From contig JAZDLR010000001.1 in NCBI GenBank assembly GCA_043801745.1, positions 24,374-88,373 of the forward strand: a stretch of DNA of 64,000 nucleotides. The letters run 5' to 3'. Under the pieces are notes generated by a model. The model searched no databases, had not been told where the DNA came from, and saw only the letters and a program-made list of their open reading frames with translations. Made by a program: the position numbers and the translations under genes. The stretch's first letter is position 1. Each line of letters opens with the position of its first letter. Positions 61,719-64,000 of this stretch are shown here, piece by piece. Origin of the DNA: Candidatus Komeilibacteria bacterium. Its GTDB lineage: Bacteria > Patescibacteriota > Patescibacteriia > UBA1558 > 2-01-FULL-52-15.

Positions 61719-62297
61719 ATGACCAAACCTATAAATTGCATCATCATCCACGGTTGTCCGTCTCCAAAAGAGAAAAATTATAACGCTGAGTCCAGAACCT
61801 ATGATAAACATTGGATGCCTTGGGTTAAGAAAGAACTACTGGCTAAGGGAATTAAAACAGAAACTCCGCTCATGCCCGAGCCGTGGGCGCCTGATTATGA
61901 AAAATTCAAAGCCGAGTTTGAGAAACTAGAAGTTAATGAAGACACGATATTAATTGGCCACAGCTGCGGTTGCAGTTTTTTAGTCCAATGGTTAGGCGAA
62001 AGTAAAAAAAATATTTCTAAACTTATTTTGGTAGCCCCGTGGAAAATTGCTACCACAGAATTTGAATTTCGGACAAAATTTTATGGCTTTCCTATTGATG
62101 AAACAATAAAAGATCGGGTCAAAGAAATAATTATGTTTACTGCTGATAATGAATGGCCCGAGGGAAAAGCCAGTTTAAAAATATTTCACGCTGCCTTAGG
62201 CGGTGAAGTGATAGAATTGAAAAACCACGGACACTATTTATTGAAACAAATGGGCACCGAGGAATTTCCGGAATTATTAAACGTCGTTTTAAAGTAA
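61719..62297 (+). CDS. RBBP9/YdeN-family alpha/beta hydrolase
   Basis: IIHG, HWMPW, LIGHSCG, LILVAP, GHY. Confidence 0.88.
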   Translation: MTKPINCIIIHGCPSPKEKNYNAESRTYDKHWMPWVKKELLAKGIKTETPLMPEPWAPDYEKFKAEFEKLEVNEDTILIGHSCGCSFLVQWLGESKKNISKLILVAPWKIATTEFEFRTKFYGFPIDETIKDRVKEIIMFTADNEWPEGKASLKIFHAALGGEVIELKNHGHYLLKQMGTEEFPELLNVVLK

Positions 62298-62428
62298 TAA
62301 AATGACCAAATCGGACTTAGAAAAAATCATAAACTACATAGTTGGCCAAGGACTGGCGGAAACGAAAGGTCTGGCAGCCGGGGTGAGAATATACGATTAA
62401 CTGATTATTGGAAATTGATTATTTGCAT

Positions 62429-62544
62429 TACCTCACCTGTCCTCTCCTTCAAAAGGAGAGGAACGCTATTTATAAAGCTAGTCGCTCTACTCAACCTCCG
62501 CGCATCCTCCCTCTCCTTTTCAAGGAGAGGGTTGGGGTGAGGTA
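62429..62544. repeat. Composite REP-like element
   Basis: Left arm identical to 17195-17237; right arm CCCTCTCCTT..AAGGAGAGGGTTGGGGTGAGGT. Confidence 0.9.
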
Positions 62545-62650
62545 ATCTACAAATAAATTTGTCTGACTAACACCGTTGTTAGCTTTTTTTGTAAAATTAA
62601 TAACCCATCGACAAATTATTGCGGGGCTTTCAATACAATATAGTTTTAAC

Positions 62651-63058
62651 TTACTTCAAATACTTATCTTCAAAATCTTTCTCATTGCCATACTCGGCGA
62701 AATTCATCGTCCGATGATGTTCTGGTTCAATAAAACCTTTGTCAGCCTTATGTCTAATACCACACCAGTACTTTTCTGTCTGCGCCACCATTTCCCGCCA
62801 AAAAGCGATCACACCATTGCCATAACCGCAATAGACACAATACATTTTTTGCCAGAAAGTTAAATATTTCAATTTGTGACGATCGATCTTAATATATACC
62901 GACCTTCTAATGTAGGGATAACCATAAAACGGAAAACAAATCCGATGATACACTTCAGCCCAAATATCCAGGATCACCAAGGGGATGATCAAGGTAGTAA
63001 CTATAGGAATGACAATTATGTGTTTAAGCTGATAATGCTCATTACTTAGATATTTCAT
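62651..63058 (-). CDS. Hypothetical membrane-associated protein with Cys motifs
   Basis: N-terminal TM, YHRICF, IDRHKL, CVYCGYGNG, EKYWC. Confidence 0.8.
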   Translation of the reverse strand: MKYLSNEHYQLKHIIVIPIVTTLIIPLVILDIWAEVYHRICFPFYGYPYIRRSVYIKIDRHKLKYLTFWQKMYCVYCGYGNGVIAFWREMVAQTEKYWCGIRHKADKGFIEPEHHRTMNFAEYGNEKDFEDKYLK

Positions 63059-63173
63059 ATATTTTGCTATTAACAATTATAGCATACTAACCCAAAAGGA
63101 ATAATTTTTTCCAAATTGAAGAGGCCCACCGTTGTTGAAACAGTGGGCCTCGTTGCTACTCCCGCAGCACCAC

Positions 63174-63350
63174 CTAACCGACCTTGGTGGCGCTGGTGAT
63201 CATCCCGAAATTCTCGGTGCAGGGAATCGTTCCCTGAATCACAGCCCGTTCATGCTGTAATCTGGCCAGACGAATCGCTTCATCCTCTGACCAGGCCTTA
63301 ACCTGAAACGTCTGCTTGCACGTCTGACAGACCGCCTCCCACTCACGCAT
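63174..63350 (-). CDS. Orphan small Zn-finger-like protein (58 aa; not in ORF track)
   Basis: Manual ORF MREWEAVCQTCKQTFQVKAWSEDEAIRLARLQHERAVIQGTIPCTENFGMITSATKVG; AAGGAGG SD; terminator 63121-63151. Confidence 0.65.
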   Translation of the reverse strand: MREWEAVCQTCKQTFQVKAWSEDEAIRLARLQHERAVIQGTIPCTENFGMITSATKVG

Positions 63351-63499
63351 GACTCATCGCCTCCTTGGATTCAAGTTAAACTAACTCTTCACTGTCACCG
63401 CTAATATGATGACTAGGTATTAACACGGTTACGATTTTGCTGAAAATAAGACAGAACACGAATATATCAAAATAGCATATATAATAAAATATGTCAAGT

Positions 63500-63720
63500 C
63501 TAAACAATATTAGCTAAATACTGGCAATATTTTAAATATTTGCACCTCATAAAATTGGCCCAATTAATTATTATCCACAGGACATTAAGTTTATTTGTCA
63601 TTATTATATATAAAGCCTTGTGGATAAAATGTTTAGTTACTAGGGAAAAAACGCTAATTAATGACGATTTTTATCAATATTTGACTTTTTTTTCTGCCCT
63701 ATTTTAGTATTTATTGGCTA
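63500..63720. other. AT-rich region with two perfect DnaA boxes (possible oriC or DnaA-regulated region)
   Basis: TTATCCACA 63571-63579 and TGTGGATAA 63619-63627. Confidence 0.4.
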
Positions 63721-64000
63721 ATACTGGCTATTCCCATCAATAAATTACTACTTTTGTCTCTTTTTGAGCTCAAAATCCTTGACAGCGACAATGTCAACTG
63801 GTACTATAATTGCATGATTTTTTTGACGATTCCCTATCCCTCATAGGTAACGTCTGTTAAACCCTTTTCCAGTAAACCTGGGAAGGGGTTTAATAATTGC
63901 TCAATAAGGATTAATTTTGGGCCTGTAGCCCGATCACTCGATCGGATCGTCTCCTCCCTTAGTGGAAACTTCGGGAAGGGATCTAACTAACCCTCTAAAG

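Noticed and set aside
62302-62400. 32-aa ORF MTKSDLEKIINYIVGQG... after the hydrolase
   Set aside because: May be a truncated gene remnant but is too short to assign

Overview
A 64-kb chromosomal segment of a Patescibacteria/CPR-type bacterium. This assignment is inferred from the unlinked 16S gene, short SMC, CPR-type surface proteins and gene content. It carries housekeeping genes (ychF, ruvB, gyrA, rpsA, ftsH, a PilB/GspE ATPase, valS, tsaE/tsaD, rpmF, nusB, rnc, smc, rpsP, trmD, polA, holA, rpsT, truB, uvrB, ruvA, murE), a stand-alone 16S rRNA gene and 7 intact tRNAs. GC-richer orphan genes are interspersed. No CRISPR array, prophage or canonical transposase was seen. Five layers stand out. 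(1) Several families of 15-120 bp palindromic or heptamer-repeat elements sit in promoters, terminators, the 16S rRNA and inside essential CDSs. A GIY-YIG gene exactly bracketed by such repeats and a DUF559 nuclease are candidate mobilisers. (2) valS is split by a 62-nt, frame-breaking hairpin insertion flanked by GAAA direct repeats, with matched GAA take-off and landing codons. This resembles a translational bypass element. (3) Degenerate ghost copies of tRNA-Ile, -Phe, -Gly and -Cys, broken by these palindromes, lie beside the intact genes. (4) There appear to be two expression classes: core genes without SD or nearly leaderless, and orphan genes with a strong GGAGG SD and a boxA-like leader motif. 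A NusB-Nudix fusion and a candidate sRNA with a large anti-SD-like C-rich loop are present alongside. (5) There are several orphan structured RNA candidates, including an array of rod hairpins about 500 nt long. All functional interpretations come from reading the sequence by eye and need computational or experimental checks.
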